A stretch of 64,000 bases of DNA from Eledone cirrhosa (Eukaryota), in assembly GCA_964016885.1 (NCBI GenBank), contig OZ024740.1:174034001-174098000 (forward strand), written 5' to 3'. The notes beneath the pieces are model-generated. The model made no database searches, was not told the origin of the DNA, and saw only the letters and a program-made list of their open reading frames with translations. Shown here piece by piece: positions 1 through 13,189 of the stretch (position 1 is its first letter; each line of letters starts with the position of its first letter). The translations under genes were made by a program, and so were the position numbers.

Positions 1-59
1 ACTCGACTTGAGAAAATAAAGAAAAATTTAATAGAAATATTGGCTAATCAATTACATGT

Positions 60-425
60 CTGGACACAAGCACGGCTTTCGAAATCATGAGGCTCCATGT
101 TTGACACTACTGTGTGGTGTTTGGACAAATGTTTTTCTCATTGCCGCAAGACCGAACCAAGCCTTATGGGTGAAAATGGGGAGACACAAACCACTCGAAA
201 GCACACCAAATTGACTGTATCTGTATTTCAAAGATCTAGCTTTGTCACTTTATAACACCCTGAGTCAGCTTGGGAATAACATTAAAGAGACATGTGTCTG
301 TGAAGAACTCAGTCACTTCCATATAAATATAGCAAATAAGCTTTTCGAACAAAAGAATGCTCGCAGCCGAACTCAACAGAGGATCAACTATCATAGGAAA
401 AGGAAGTAGTCTTCAGTGGTATTCA
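60..425 (+). mobile_element. Degenerate SINE-like interspersed repeat
   Basis: Similar in order and motifs to 31470-31800 and 12440-12610 in this window; boundaries approximate. Confidence 0.4.
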
Positions 426-485
426 AGTGGCCAACGGTTTCACTAGAGTTATTTGCAATATGTGTTATTATGATTATTACTATTA

Positions 486-690
486 AGGTGGTGGATTGTC
501 AGTATCGGTAAAGCATCGGACATTACGCTTCACGGCATAGAGGTACGGCCCATTACGTTCTAATTTTTGCCTTTCATCCATATAAGGGGTCGATAAAATA
601 AAGTACCAGTAACGTACTGGAGTCGATTTAATCGACTCCCCCCCCCCAAAAAAAAAGATTGTTGGCCTTGTGCTTAAATCAGAAACCATT
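486..690 (+). mobile_element. tRNA-derived SINE, internally deleted
   Basis: Carries the window-wide repeat core ttttgcctttcatcc..ggggtcgataaaataaagtaccagt, also seen at 3650, 35930, 36583 and 53285. Confidence 0.7.
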
Positions 691-2846
691 ATAAATATTA
701 CTATTCATTATAATTATTACTATTCGCCATCAATCTTGCATTGTGTCAAAATTTATATTTTCCACTTCAAAAAGTTCTTAACTCATCAGACATCATTGGT
801 CTAAGAAAGACATGTTTCTGATTGTATTAACTACTAAACTATTATTCTTACACACTGTTCTCCTACAGCAAAAACTAGTGACCCTTGACCTTGAAAAGTC
901 CATCGAAAACAGTTACTTTTATTTACATCGACAAAGCCTTCGAATGTATTTAACATAAGAATCTGATAGTTAAGCTGTTGGCAGTGATGTTTTACCCATT
1001 ATTACCCTCTATTAACAACATCCACCAGAACATTCACGTTCCTTCGAATCTGGCCTTATTATATCAGCTTCTCTCTTCTAAGCACTAAAGAACTAAACAC
1101 TGAGTCAGCTACATTTAATTCTCCATACAACCATTCATACTGAGGCACAACATTTCCTGGCATATGCTGTAAGAACAGGTGAGATAATGACCTAATCTAA
1201 TTAAAAATTACTGAACCACAAAGATAGTATATTTAAATAGCAAGTCTTCCACAGCAATACACCTTAACGAGTAGTTAATAGTAGACTAATAAAACAGCAG
1301 AATCCCTGCAAATGTAGGACTTTTCTGTTTCTGAAGCGGGTATGGTGAGGAAGTGCCTTTCATTACCCAACAAAGGCTTAGTTTCTTTATTAGGTCATGA
1401 GAATTCAGCTTCAAAGTATTGCTGACACAAACACACTATATACTAGTTAATGACCATGTATTTGGCACGGTGTATCCATTTTAAAATTGGTTTTGGACAA
1501 AGGTGTTCATGGTCTTTGTAGAAAACTCCAAAACCTGTAAGACAGATGCGGTTATGTCCCTCTCGACGGATACATGAAACACATGAACAGAGAGTAAACT
1601 AGAGAGGAGTGACTAGGCTTTGTAGATAGTGGATAGTGTGGTGCCTGGAAGGTGGAACAATATGAGTGGCAAGAAAAAAGACAGAGAGACCATTGTTGTG
1701 TGGTAAGAAAGGCAAAAAAGGAAACAGATGTCTGTAAGTCAGAGATTAGAGTATATTAGTGAGTGGCTTCATGCTGATCAGTCAGGGTGGCTTTTACTTT
1801 GGATGTGGTATAGAATGTCTGTATTTGTAGCAACAGCACCGTAACATATGTGGGAGCAGTACTCCATTGGCAGCCACCCCTAAAATTTGTAGGAAGTTAG
1901 TAGTTGTTGGGGTGAAATATCTTTTGACTTCGAAGGGGAAGGCCAGTCTTTGTGAAGCAGTTATTGCTATATTGAGGATGTGCGATCATCAGGAGAGAAC
2001 TTCAGTGATGTTGAAGGCCAGCATTTGTAGTGACCTTAGGGGCATTAGTTGCGTTTGTTAATGTTTAGTTGGGTAGAATATTGCCTTCACAATGTCTGTA
2101 GTCGCAGAGTCGCTGTGTTGTAGTAGGTGAAAAGATTGTTAAAGGAGAGAAGAGTAAATATTTTCAAAATCTCACAGTGCTAAGTTGAAATTCTCTAATA
2201 GATTTAATTGAGTGAGAAATAGATACTGTCAATCTAATGCGCTGAAGGTGTTGTAGTGTTCAAGAAAGAATGTGAGTCAAGTGTTCACACTTGCTCACGA
2301 TGGTACACAAGGAAAATAGTATGTTCAATGAAATATTTTATGTATCTTTATAATGGCATTGATGAATATATTTTCTTTCCTGGAAACTTGTTCACTGAGT
2401 TGTATTTATTGCATCTTAACCGAACCATTGCGAAATGTCAGAAATAATAAACCCATGAAATTAATCATTTATATTATTTAACAAGAAAATAATTCATAAA
2501 AAGTAGCAATCTGACATTTTAAATATATCTTTTCTTTTATATTGAACGTGTAACTTGTCATTTTTTAAAGGTTTATATGGTAGTTTGGTTATTGTTTACC
2601 TCTTGGTTGGCTAATTTATGGATAAAAGAATATGTTTTCACTGAATTGGGCTTAACGTCGACTCATTGCTTGCGTGCAAGCACACATATGTGAATATATG
2701 ATTTGTGTTTCATGGCGATAATGATAGTAATAGTAGCATGCTGAGATGAGGTTATTCCGTAATGGCAGTGAAACGTTATATACCGAAATAAAAGGTCAAA
2801 TCTGTTGTAGGATAGGTTGCAGTTCGACTGGAAATGTTTAAATATA

Positions 2847-3188
2847 TAGTTGTCCCCCGGTATTCGCGGGGATTACGTTCCTAGAGCACTCGCGAAGAGT
2901 GAAAACCCGCGAATAATGGATGTTGTCAATAAAAATGCCTATAAGCGTCAAAACATAATGTAAAATATAGGCCAGCAACTACGGTATATTGTTATAATGA
3001 TTTAGTGTTAAAAAGCGTGAAAAAATATATATTGCCCCCCAAAAAGCTATAAAAAAATTGCGGGAGATATTTACGATTTCGCGAATATCCGATGGTTTCC
3101 ACGAACAATTATTAATGAGGTTCTAAGGAAAATTCCGCGAATATCCGGGACTGTGAATGTCGAGACCGCGAATGTCGGAGGTACACTG
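2847..3188. mobile_element. Tigger/pogo-like MITE
   Basis: Imperfect TIRs (tagttgtcccccgg ... cggaggtacactg) flanked by TA; repeated subterminal ccgcgaat motifs. Confidence 0.6.
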
Positions 3189-3221
3189 TACATTATAGTC
3201 TTTATAAAGGATATGTATGTA

Positions 3222-3525
3222 TGGTCCCGTAACTCCTGATAGAGTCGTAGGGGCACCGTATTGACATTCGGCGTTTCTTGAGCATTTCAAGCCTGGCGGA
3301 GCCCATTCCTCTCCAGGCCTGTGTACAGCAGATTTCTTCCAGAGAAAGATAGAAAGTGAGAGAGGAAAATGAGAAAGAGATATAAAGGAAGAATCGACTC
3401 CAGTACTAGACTGGTAAATTTTTTTTATCGACCTCGACAAGATGAAAGGCAAAGTTGACCTCGGCAGGATTTAAACTCAGAGAACAGAGAGCCGGCATTC
3501 TAACGACTCTATCAATTTACCGCCA
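3222..3525 (-). mobile_element. SINE with subfamily-specific tail
   Basis: Reverse-complement SINE core; tail segment (ggtcccgtaactc..aagcctggcggagccca..cagcagatttcttccagaga) recurs at 38800-38910. Confidence 0.7.
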
Positions 3526-3649
3526 ATAAAGGATATATGACATTGAAAAACAAAACTTCTCCAAATTTACAGAGATTAATTACACAACTATGTTCTTTTA
3601 GAAAAGTTGTCCTTGCGTTAAGCTAGAAGAATTATGATATAGTATATAA

Positions 3650-3838
3650 GGGCGGTGGTTTGGCAGCATCGGTAAAGCGTCAGACACTATGCTTTGCAGC
3701 ATAGTTATGGCTCTTTGCGTTCTGAGTTCAAATCTGCCGAGGTTAACTTTGTCTTTCATCCTTACGGGGTCGATAAAATAAAGTACCAGTAATACACTGG
3801 AATAATTGCTGGCCTTGTGCCAATAGTAGAAACAAGTA
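3650..3838 (+). mobile_element. tRNA-derived SINE
   Basis: A-box-like tggcagcatcggt, B-box-like gagttcaaatct, conserved core. Confidence 0.8.
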
Positions 3839-3996
3839 TATATCAATAGTACCGCACTATTAACACACTTTATATTTACTCATTAGATCGGGTAGGGATC
3901 GGATCGTTCTGGTTTTCTGTAGTAACCAGGGTTGTATGTACATACACACAAACACACACAGATATATATATATATGTATGTATATGTACATATACC

Positions 3997-4034
<38 letters not shown>

Positions 4035-6194
4035 GTATACACACACACCACACACACATATATATATATACAACTAGCGAAAACACCATCACATAATATG
4101 TAGGAACATTTACGGTTATTTTTTTTAGCACTTTCAGAAATAGATGAAAGCTAGAACACACACGTACACACATGTACACACATTTCCACATGCACACGGA
4201 AAGGCACACATATGCGCAGGCACACACGCATAAATACTCACACACACATACTCACATACACAAACACTCATACACACAGTCACGCGCATTTTAGAATGGA
4301 CTTGAGCGTATAAAAAAAAAAATTCAGATGAATAAAGTTTGCTGCTTGTAACCAATGCGATTTGAGACAATTACCGTGGATTAAAGATAGTACTCAACTT
4401 GTTTTTAAGTAACAAATAAGTTTGGGATTAGAAATTAGAGCCTTTTCCAAGAATTTAAAAGTATTAAAGAACGGTATTTATACCAAGAATATAAATCACC
4501 GAAGACATTAAGGATATGGTTGTTGCCATACTTATCAACCAGCACATAGCTAGCTCAACAACGCATAAAAGGTTGTGCTCACCTAATTTGAATGACAATC
4601 AGCTTTGTGGTTCTTGAACCTGCGGAAGATCACATGGGCAGTTAATTAATGGCGTCGCATACACCCTCCGCAACCACTACAAGCTTCATATCTTGCTGCA
4701 GATTACCAGCTTTATTTCTTTCGTGACATATTCCAAAGAAGAAGAGAGATATAGCGAGGATAGGACAAATAGAGAGCGCTCCTTTTGCTTTAGAGAGTCG
4801 CTCACCCCCAAAATAAATTATACCATTCTTAGGCAAAGCAAACACAAAAGAATAAAAAAAAGAGGTATTATGCTTATTCTTTGGTCATTTCTGTGTTCCC
4901 TTTGTAGTTGATGAAAGGCATTCAACAATCTCTTTTCAGGCATTTGTGTCAATTTCTTTCATCTAATATATGCTTTCTCGTTTTAGAAATGAAGTTATTA
5001 TGTAATATGAGGAAGATTTGGCTGCTAGTTTTCACAGTTCAAACAACTAGGTAGAAACTCTTTCATAGGCCCCAGCCTTCCTTGTTGATTTTGAACATTT
5101 GATTGAATCTATTTTATATTAAACCAAATTTCTTTCAGTCAATTCTGAACACATTTCTTCGCATCTTCATTGTACATTGCAAATTCAGCGGCAATGGCAG
5201 TCAACATTTGTTAAAAATCTGGCAGTTTTATCATTTATGATTCAATATTAACTTAAGAGAGTAGATTCAGTGACGAGTTTAGACATAGGTTAATAGAAAG
5301 ATTCAAAATAACTAAAAAGCATATACAGTATGTTTTCAATTTTTCTGAAACCATATGAAAAGGAGCTTCCAATCTCACCAATCTCACCAATTTAGGCAGA
5401 TTAGTCATGCTCTGGCATAAAAGGTCTGAGTTGGTGCATAACGGTAAGGAGAAATTGGTGTTTTAGACGATACACTTGTAATACATAACTAATTTCATAG
5501 ACTAAATTTGAATAAACTTGACTCACCAAACACAAAACTTATATATATATATCATAGAGACAAATTTACGGACATTTCATCTTAAAGAGGTGAGTTTGAG
5601 AACTCACGTACATTCACACACGTACACACACGTACAAATACGCGTATATTTACATATATACACACATATATATATATATGCACACATGTATTTCAATGTT
5701 CGATTACTTGATATATCGGTAGATAATTTAATAGACAGATAAAGTAAAAGATAGATTATTAGATATAATAATTGGTTGATGGTTAAATTGATGAATAGAT
5801 TATATAATGGGTCGATAGACAGACATACAGATACAAGGTGAGGATGATGGAAAATGCGGCAAAAAGAGAGAAAGCTAAAAGAAATAAAAATAAAAATTGA
5901 GATTGTCAGAAGAAACTAAATACATCAAGAAAGACAGAAAAGAAACAGAGTTGAACCATCGAAATTTAGAGGAATAGAAAACGAGGAGATAGAACATAAT
6001 AGAGGAGTGAAAGAGACAGACATACAAAGAGAGCAATTCACTGAATTAATAATGAACAGACTAACAACATAAAAATTCGATGTTAGCTAGCAGCAGGTAG
6101 TGCAGGAGGTAAATAGTTTCAAGAAGTGTCAGGTACTGTCACAGAAACACGCACGAATACACACGGATACACGTATATATACACGCACAAAGAC

Positions 6195-6196
<2 letters not shown>

Positions 6197-6287
<91 letters not shown>
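6197..6287. repeat. (TA)n microsatellite
   Basis: Directly visible; one of many TA tracts flanking insertions. Confidence 0.95.
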
Positions 6288-6288
<1 letters not shown>

Positions 6289-6342
6289 CGTTTCTGAATT
6301 TGTTTAGCAAGATTCTTTATCTGAAAACGTGTGTTGAAACCG

Positions 6343-6723
6343 ATATTGTTATACTCTGGGAGGGTCATGTTGCCAATAAGAAACAAGCGCACCAGTTGCT
6401 TTCACTTCAATTTATTATAATAAATTTATAAATTTAGGAATTTATAAATTTCCGGTTGGTTGGTTGGTTCCACAACCAGATGGTTGTTTATATATTGTCA
6501 AAGTTCTTTCGTCACACATTCTGTGACCTCCCCAGTCACTGAAGAGGTCACAGAATATGTGACGAAAGAACTTCGACAATATATAAACAACCATCTGGTT
6601 GTGGAACCAACCAACCAACCGGAAATTTATAAATTCCTAAATTTATAAATTTATTATAATAAATTGAAGTGAAAGCAACTGGTGCGCTTGTTTCTTATTG
6701 GCAACATGACCCTCCCAAAGTAT

Positions 6724-6731
<8 letters not shown>
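6343..6731. repeat. Near-perfect fold-back palindrome, 194-bp arms, centre 6537
   Basis: Manual reverse-complement alignment gives 5 mismatches (6356/6718, 6500/6574, 6517/6557, 6531/6543, 6532/6542). Confidence 0.95.
6535..6577 (+). ncRNA. Minimal type I hammerhead motif
   Basis: GUCA-CUGAAGA-G-GUCACA(gaaua)UGUGAC-GAAA-GAAC-UU-cGAC; the mirrored arm has UGAC, which restores stem I. Stem III is only 2 bp. Confidence 0.6.
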
Positions 6732-6754
<23 letters not shown>

Positions 6755-6800
6755 CGAACACACACAGGGACGCATATATATATATATATATACACATTTA

Positions 6801-7516
6801 TAATGAAAAATAAAAGTTACGGGCGAAAGAGGAGAACATCCATCGTCAGTTGTCTGCTAGGAATCATAGGTATTTCTTCGCGTTAGAGACAAGATACCTC
6901 AGTCTAGGGCGAACAATAACTAAAATAAGTTATTCGGATAAAATAGGGGGGAGGGGGAACATGTTAACAGACACGAAGGGAAAAATAGGAAAAATATCAA
7001 GTCAACAACTCATTTCGAACGTAAGACGTTTGGCGGGAGAAAAAAGACACGTCTTAACTGTAGCCGTATTAGCGAGAGAAGAGACTGCTTACAGTGGCGG
7101 ACGAGGGAAGAAGTGAACTAGCGAAGAGAGGGTGCCTAGCAGAGAGGGAGGGAGTGAAAGTAAGAGGAAGCGAGAAAGAGATAGTTATAGTGGCAAGCTA
7201 GCCGAGAGAAGGTGACTAGCAGAGGGGTGAGCGAAAGTAAGAGGGAGAAGGAGAGAGAAGGGGGAGAGAGAGGATAGCAACAAGGGGAGATAAAAGAGAC
7301 AGGTCACAGCGCCTCTCTTTATGTTGGTTCACCCTTCGTGTCTGTTTACATGCTTTTCTCCCCCCCCCGCCCTTTTTATCCCAATAACTTATTTTAGTTA
7401 CTATTCGCCCTAGGCTGAGGTATCTTGTCTCTAACGCGAAGAAATACCTATGATTCCTAGCAGACAACTGACGATGGATGTTCTCCTCTTTCGCCCGTAA
7501 CTTTTATTTTTCATTA
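6801..7516. mobile_element. Non-coding element with ~180-bp inverted arms between TA tracts (PLE pLTR-like)
   Basis: 6801-6980 is the reverse complement of 7332-7516; arms contain CUGACGA but no downstream GAAA. Confidence 0.7.
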
Positions 7517-7602
7517 TACTTAATTACAACCACACAGCACGCCATTATATATATATATATATATATATAAACTTTTTCTTATTTGCTAAACCTTGATTAT
7601 AT

Positions 7603-7715
<113 letters not shown>

Positions 7716-7719
7716 GTAA

Positions 7720-7900
7720 AAGGTAATCAGAAACAACAGCAACGGTACAGTATATGGAAGGAATATATTAGTTTAACGCTTGAAATAGCTGGAAGAGGTT
7801 CTTGACGCCAGTCCTTCATCAGAAGAAAGAATGAGAAATTTGAATAATTGAGGAGACGGTCGAAACGGCCGGAGCTCAGTCATCGGGGTCTTGACTCTTT
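7720..7900 (-). mobile_element. pLTR-like fragment with deleted HHR
   Basis: Minus strand reads ttctgatgaaggactggcgtcaagaa (core 5' half, GAAA missing); 7748-7790 recurs at 21703-21745. Confidence 0.45.
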
Positions 7901-7984
<84 letters not shown>

Positions 7985-8009
7985 TTAATATAGATGAGAT
8001 TCTACAGGA

Positions 8010-8335
8010 CTAAAGTTATTTTTGTATAAATACAGAATGTGTAACCGAGACTGCAACATACACATTTTTAATATGTAGACATGTACACGTGACAGAAAAT
8101 ACAAATTTTCCTGTAAAATGAAGTATGTCCAATTCAGAATAATACCAAGAATGAATAGGTATATATACCAATCAAATACGCGTTTCCTTGTGGTTGATTG
8201 AATGATATAGACGTCTTGTTATGGGGATCCAATTAGATCAATTTACAGGGAAATCCGTATTTTCTGGCATGTTTTCATGTTAACATATTAAAAATGTCTC
8301 GGTTACACACTGTACTTATAGAGATATAATTTTAT
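8010..8335. mobile_element. Diverged inverted-arm element, same family as 50580-51010
   Basis: gtgtaaccgagac/gtctcggttacac arms; 8110-8240 matches the reverse complement of ~50765-50880. Confidence 0.6.
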
Positions 8336-8346
8336 TTTCTCTCTCT

Positions 8347-8422
<76 letters not shown>

Positions 8423-8840
8423 TCTCTCTCGTCTACGATTTCACAGAACTTATGTTTACCGAATTCGCAGACCAGACCCCTTCTTCCTCCCGTTAGACCT
8501 GTGCGAAATTCCTCCATTCCTCACATTTCAACCAGGTTTGATGGTCTTTATTCTCTCGTTCACGATTTCACCGAATTTAAATTCATAGAAATTTGGGACT
8601 TGTCTCCTTCTTCCTCACTTTCTTTTGCTTCACCATTTTGTTTGTTTACCCTCGCGTCCCCTTTATTTACGTGTCCCAACGACTTTTTTTAGCCGTTGCT
8701 CGCACCAACCGAAGGTATATGGTCTTTAAAGCGATGAAATGCCTATGATGGTTGGAAGATCACTGATGAAGGACAAACTTTTTTCATATGTATGTATATA
8801 TATATATATATAAATGTGTGTGTATATGTATGCGTGTGTG

Positions 8841-8901
<61 letters not shown>

Positions 8902-9059
8902 TGTATGTGTGTGTGCGCGCGCGCGTTGAAAGGTATTTATTATTTTCAAATCAGGAAACCACATCAACAACAATTAAAGGTACTCAATACATGAAGTAGG
9001 GAAAGTAGATTGTTTTATTAAGAGATGACTCTTACAGGACTAATTTTGTTTTCCTTCTC

Positions 9060-9418
9060 CAAGTGTACACGCAACATCCGAAATCTCTTTGCCCACAGTT
9101 CCTTTTCTTCCTCAGTTCATTCCCCGAATAAAACTCCTGCTCCCAATCTCACTGACACATATGCAACTTCATCCCCAACAACACAATTCAACGACCAGTC
9201 CTTCCGAGTCAATGATTCTTTCAGCTGCAGCTCGTCCAGTCATGTCTACGGGCTCTGTTGCAGGCTATGCGAGGTCTTCTACATTGGACAAACCAGTCGT
9301 CGAATAGCGGACAGTTCCCCGAGCATCTTCGGTACATCTGGCTTGGTAGCCAGTCTCCGGTCGCCCGTCATTTTCGCTTCGCCGGACACATCACCCACCA
9401 CCTCACAGTTTTCAACCT
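9060..9418 (+). pseudogene. PLE GIY-YIG endonuclease fragment
   Basis: HVYGLCCRLCEVFYIGQTSRR..., then after a frameshift EHLR...PVARHF (GIY-YIG with CCHH residues). Confidence 0.85.
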
Positions 9419-11830
9419 GTGGGTGGATGTGCAGGTGAAGGAATGGCGGATACGGAAAGACCCGTTAGGGCTTGTAAGAGTGGTGAGGGTGGAAATAAAG
9501 GGACAAGTGTTCCAACGGGAACGGGAACAAGGATGAGAGCAGGGTGGATTCGTGGAAGAGGACGAAAAGGAACTGCGAACCAGGAGGTCGCGGATGTTGC
9601 GGGCGCGCTTAAAAGCAGTAATGGATGGGTTTGGAAAAAAGCGAGAAGTGACTGGGTCAGAAGAGAGGATACGGAAAGAACGGAGGATATGTTGCCGGAG
9701 TGGTAGAGTGATGAGGTGGTAGGTGAGAGGGAAAGGAACACGGTTGTTGGGAGGGTGGGGGTGAGATGAGAGGGCTGTGGTGCGGTCTGTTTCACGGGCG
9801 CGGGTGAGAGCAGCTTGGATCAGGGTGGGGTGGGGTGGGAGGATATCCACGCTGGATGAAGCAGGAAGCCATGCGAAAGGAATGGGTTTCGAAATCATCG
9901 TCCTGGCTACAGAGTCGACGAAGACGAAGGAATTGGGAATAGGGTATGGAGTGTTTGGTGTGGGTTGGATGGGAGGAGGTGAAATTGAGAGCAGGATGGA
10001 AAGATAGGACAAAGGAAAGAGGGTAGTCGAGCTGTTCTCGCAATAGAGAGGTGGCGCCGATACAGTCGTCGATATAACGACCGTATAGCTCAGGAGTCGG
10101 TCCAGCGTACTTGGAGAACATCTGGGCTTCGACGTAGCCAACAAACAAGTTGGCATAGTTTGGATTCATTCTGGTTCCCATCGCTACCCCAGAGACCTGC
10201 TGGTGAAATTCTCTCGAAAAAGAAAATCCCTTAGCGGTTAGAACAAGCTCAGCCAGACGGAGAAGAGTGGTAGTGCTGGGGTAGAGCGTAAACCTAAAAA
10301 ATGTTGGAGAGCGCAGAGGCCGTTATCATGAGGGATGACGGTATAGAGAGAGGTGACGTCCAGGGTGAAGAGAAGGCGGGAGGGACCAGGAGGGAAGGAG
10401 AAAGAGTTGAAGAGTCTAAGGGCATAATTTATATCGTGGATGTGGGAGGGGAGATTGCCGACCAACGGGGCGAGGATGGTGTCTAAATATTCAGAAATTA
10501 TCTCGGTGCGGCAGTTGCACGGAGAAACGATAGGATAGCCAGGATTATTTTGTTTGTGTATTTTGGGGAGGAAGTAGATGGTGGGTGTGCGAGGGGTGCG
10601 TACAATAAGGTTGGTGGCTGTGGGGGGTAGGAGAGAGGAGGAGATGAGCTCGTGGATGGTGGAGGACACGAGTTGTTGGTAACCAGGAGTGAGGTCGGAG
10701 GATAAAGGGCGGTAAAAAAGGGTATTGTGAAGTTGGAGGTGAGCCTCAGCCCTATAGAGGTCAGCGCTCCAAACCACCACAGCGCCACCTTTGTCAGCGG
10801 GTTTGATGACAATGTCATCGCAACACCGAAGGTTGCGAAGAGCGGAGAGCTCAGTTCGCGTGATGTTAGAGCGACGAGAATGCTGGTGGAAACGGAACCG
10901 ATTCACAGTACGCCGGCAAGTATCGACAAAGGAGTCGAGGGTGCTGAACTGGCCAGAGCTCGGCGTCCAATGTGATTGCCGGCGACTGAGACGAGTGAAG
11001 TCATACGTCTGTGTCGATGATGGCGTGTCGTGAAAAAAAGCTTTCAGCTTTAAACGACGGAAGAACCCTTCAGTCTCGGCACGCGTGCAGAACTCGTCGC
11101 AGGTAGATGTGGTTGGTATAAAACGCAAACCACGGACGAGGAGGGATCACTCAGCTTCGGAGAGTGGTAGGTCCCGGGGTATGGTGACTACAGTGCAGGG
11201 ACGTGAGGGAGTGAAAGAGGCGGAGGCGGAGGGGTCAAGGTTGTTGGGCAAAGCGTGTGCAGATTCAGTGGTGGGGAGGGGAAAGGAGGTGGTAGGTGAC
11301 GGGATAGAGGGGTTAGGGTTGGAGGTGATATGAGTATGGGTGGTGACGGCAGGCGGGGAGCGGAAAGAATCGAGTTTGTGTTTTTTTACGGAAGTGAGGA
11401 AATTGAAAAGGAGGCGATTGAGATAAAGGATGAATTGGATAAGGGATTGGGCGAGAAAAGGGTGGCAAGTAGAGGAGAGATGGAGGTAGGTCTTGGGGAG
11501 ATCTCGGTCGAGAGAACGGATTTGGGCGAGAGTTGATCGAATGGTCACCCGTATGAGCTAGCGAGAGGAGCGGGTAAGGATGGGCTCAGTGATGGGAGCA
11601 GAGTAAGAGGTGGGGTGAAACTTGATGCGGAAACCGCAGGGAATGAGGTGGTGGTGGAGACAGCGACTTAAATTTGTGATGTGACTATTGTATCGTGTTT
11701 TGGTGAAGATGAGGCTGGAGAGATGCACGGTGGATTGGATGCATATAGGGGGGGGGGGAGAGTTGGAGGAAGGCCTTGAGAGTAGAATGGAGCTGGCGGA
11801 GAAAAGATTTGAGATTGGGCATAGAGAGAG
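9419..11830 (-). mobile_element. Penelope-like element, probably Neptune clade, decayed (RT pseudogene)
   Basis: ORF pieces IVIKPADKGGAVVV, YFLPKIHK, LDVTSLYT, MGTRMNPNYANLFV, RYIDD, SIPYSQFLRLRRLCS, and Cys-rich linker PCSRSRWNTC; truncated before its own GIY-YIG. Confidence 0.9.
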
Positions 11831-12638
11831 AGAGAGACATACATACAAACTCAAACAACTCATGCACACAAACCAAGCAGCAATTAGGTTAATAATATAC
11901 ACTTTCTATGCACGGATACCACAAAGCTGGCAAGCCGATATTGTTGATCAATATGACGTCAAATCCGTATCCATGACAACTGTGAAGTCATAACTAAGCT
12001 GTGATGTCTTGATGGAGTTTCTCGTTTTGTCGTCATAGGATTAAGTAGTTTGCAGGTGAAGATGGACGTATTTTCCGCTTTTTCTTACTATGACGTCATT
12101 CCCACCTCCCCCTGACGTCTTTTCAACCTACTCCTCCTCCTCTCCGACGTCTTCCCAAACTCCCACCTTTAGCACCTGTTTATCAGTATATATAACACTT
12201 CTACCTCTCAGGGCATACTTTCTCTGTATATACTTTTTATCATTCATCTTAATTTGTTTTATAAATAATCAAAACAAGAAGAAAGCAAAATTGTTTTCAT
12301 TGGTTTTTTTGCTTATCTATTTTCTTGTTTTCTACGTTAAACAGAAGATATATAGTTTCCAAATACTAAACGTTTACACTAGTCACGTGAGTGGTAGTAT
12401 ATACATAGGTTATACTATTCTATGCATTAGATGCAAGCATACCCTTGTAGTTAAGAAGTTCACTTCGCAACCACATGGTTAAGGATTCAATTCCGCTACG
12501 TAGCACCTTGAGAAAATAAGCATTATTTATTGCAGTCTTATGTTCACCAATATCCTGTAATTTTAATTTGGTAGATTTTGCAGAAACGTCGTATCCCTTC
12601 CATATACTGTACCGATTGTGTTGCTATTTCTGTTTACC

Positions 12639-12735
<97 letters not shown>

Positions 12736-13142
12736 GAGAGATATATATGTATGTGTGTGTGTTTGCGCGCGTGTGTGCGTGTTTTGTGCGTGTGTGTGTG
12801 TGTGCGCGCGCGTGTGTGCATGCGTGTCTGTGTGTGATTACCCATTGTTTGTGTTAGAAAGCGTAAATTAACCATTCGTTAAATATAGATCTATAAAATA
12901 AGACCTAGACTGAAACAAATAGTGGGATTAATATAATCAACTAACCCCCCCCCCCCCGAAAACCATGCCCCAGCATGGCCATACACAAACGGCTGAAACC
13001 AGTTACAAGGAATAAAAGATTAAATAAAATGTGTTATATGTTTCAGTATTACATACGTTAGATATTAAAATATCTAAAAGATAGAACAGTAGAATTAATG
13101 CAATCAGTAGATAAAACCGTCGTTTTGCCAACTGAGCTGAAT

Positions 13143-13189
13143 AAGCGTCGCTGAGGAGGGCTAGCAAGATTGAAACATGGTCGTTGCTT
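13143..13189 (+). ncRNA. Degenerate hammerhead-like motif
   Basis: CUGAGGA...GAAACAUGGUC present, but stems I and II pair poorly. Confidence 0.3.

Noticed and set aside
740-795. Minus-strand CUGAUGA...GAAA
   Set aside because: Stems I-III do not pair.
900-2200. Possible ancient LINE remnant
   Set aside because: Only isolated hints (DKAF-like); no consistent frame.
3860-4370. ORFs rich in CV/YI/HT/RE dipeptides (also 6100, 12568, 37792, 41861, 43999, 46274-47559)
   Set aside because: Translations of microsatellites; no domain signal.
12085-12260. LTR/promoter-like stretch (tgacgtca motifs, tatataa)
   Set aside because: No partner LTR, TSD or downstream gene.
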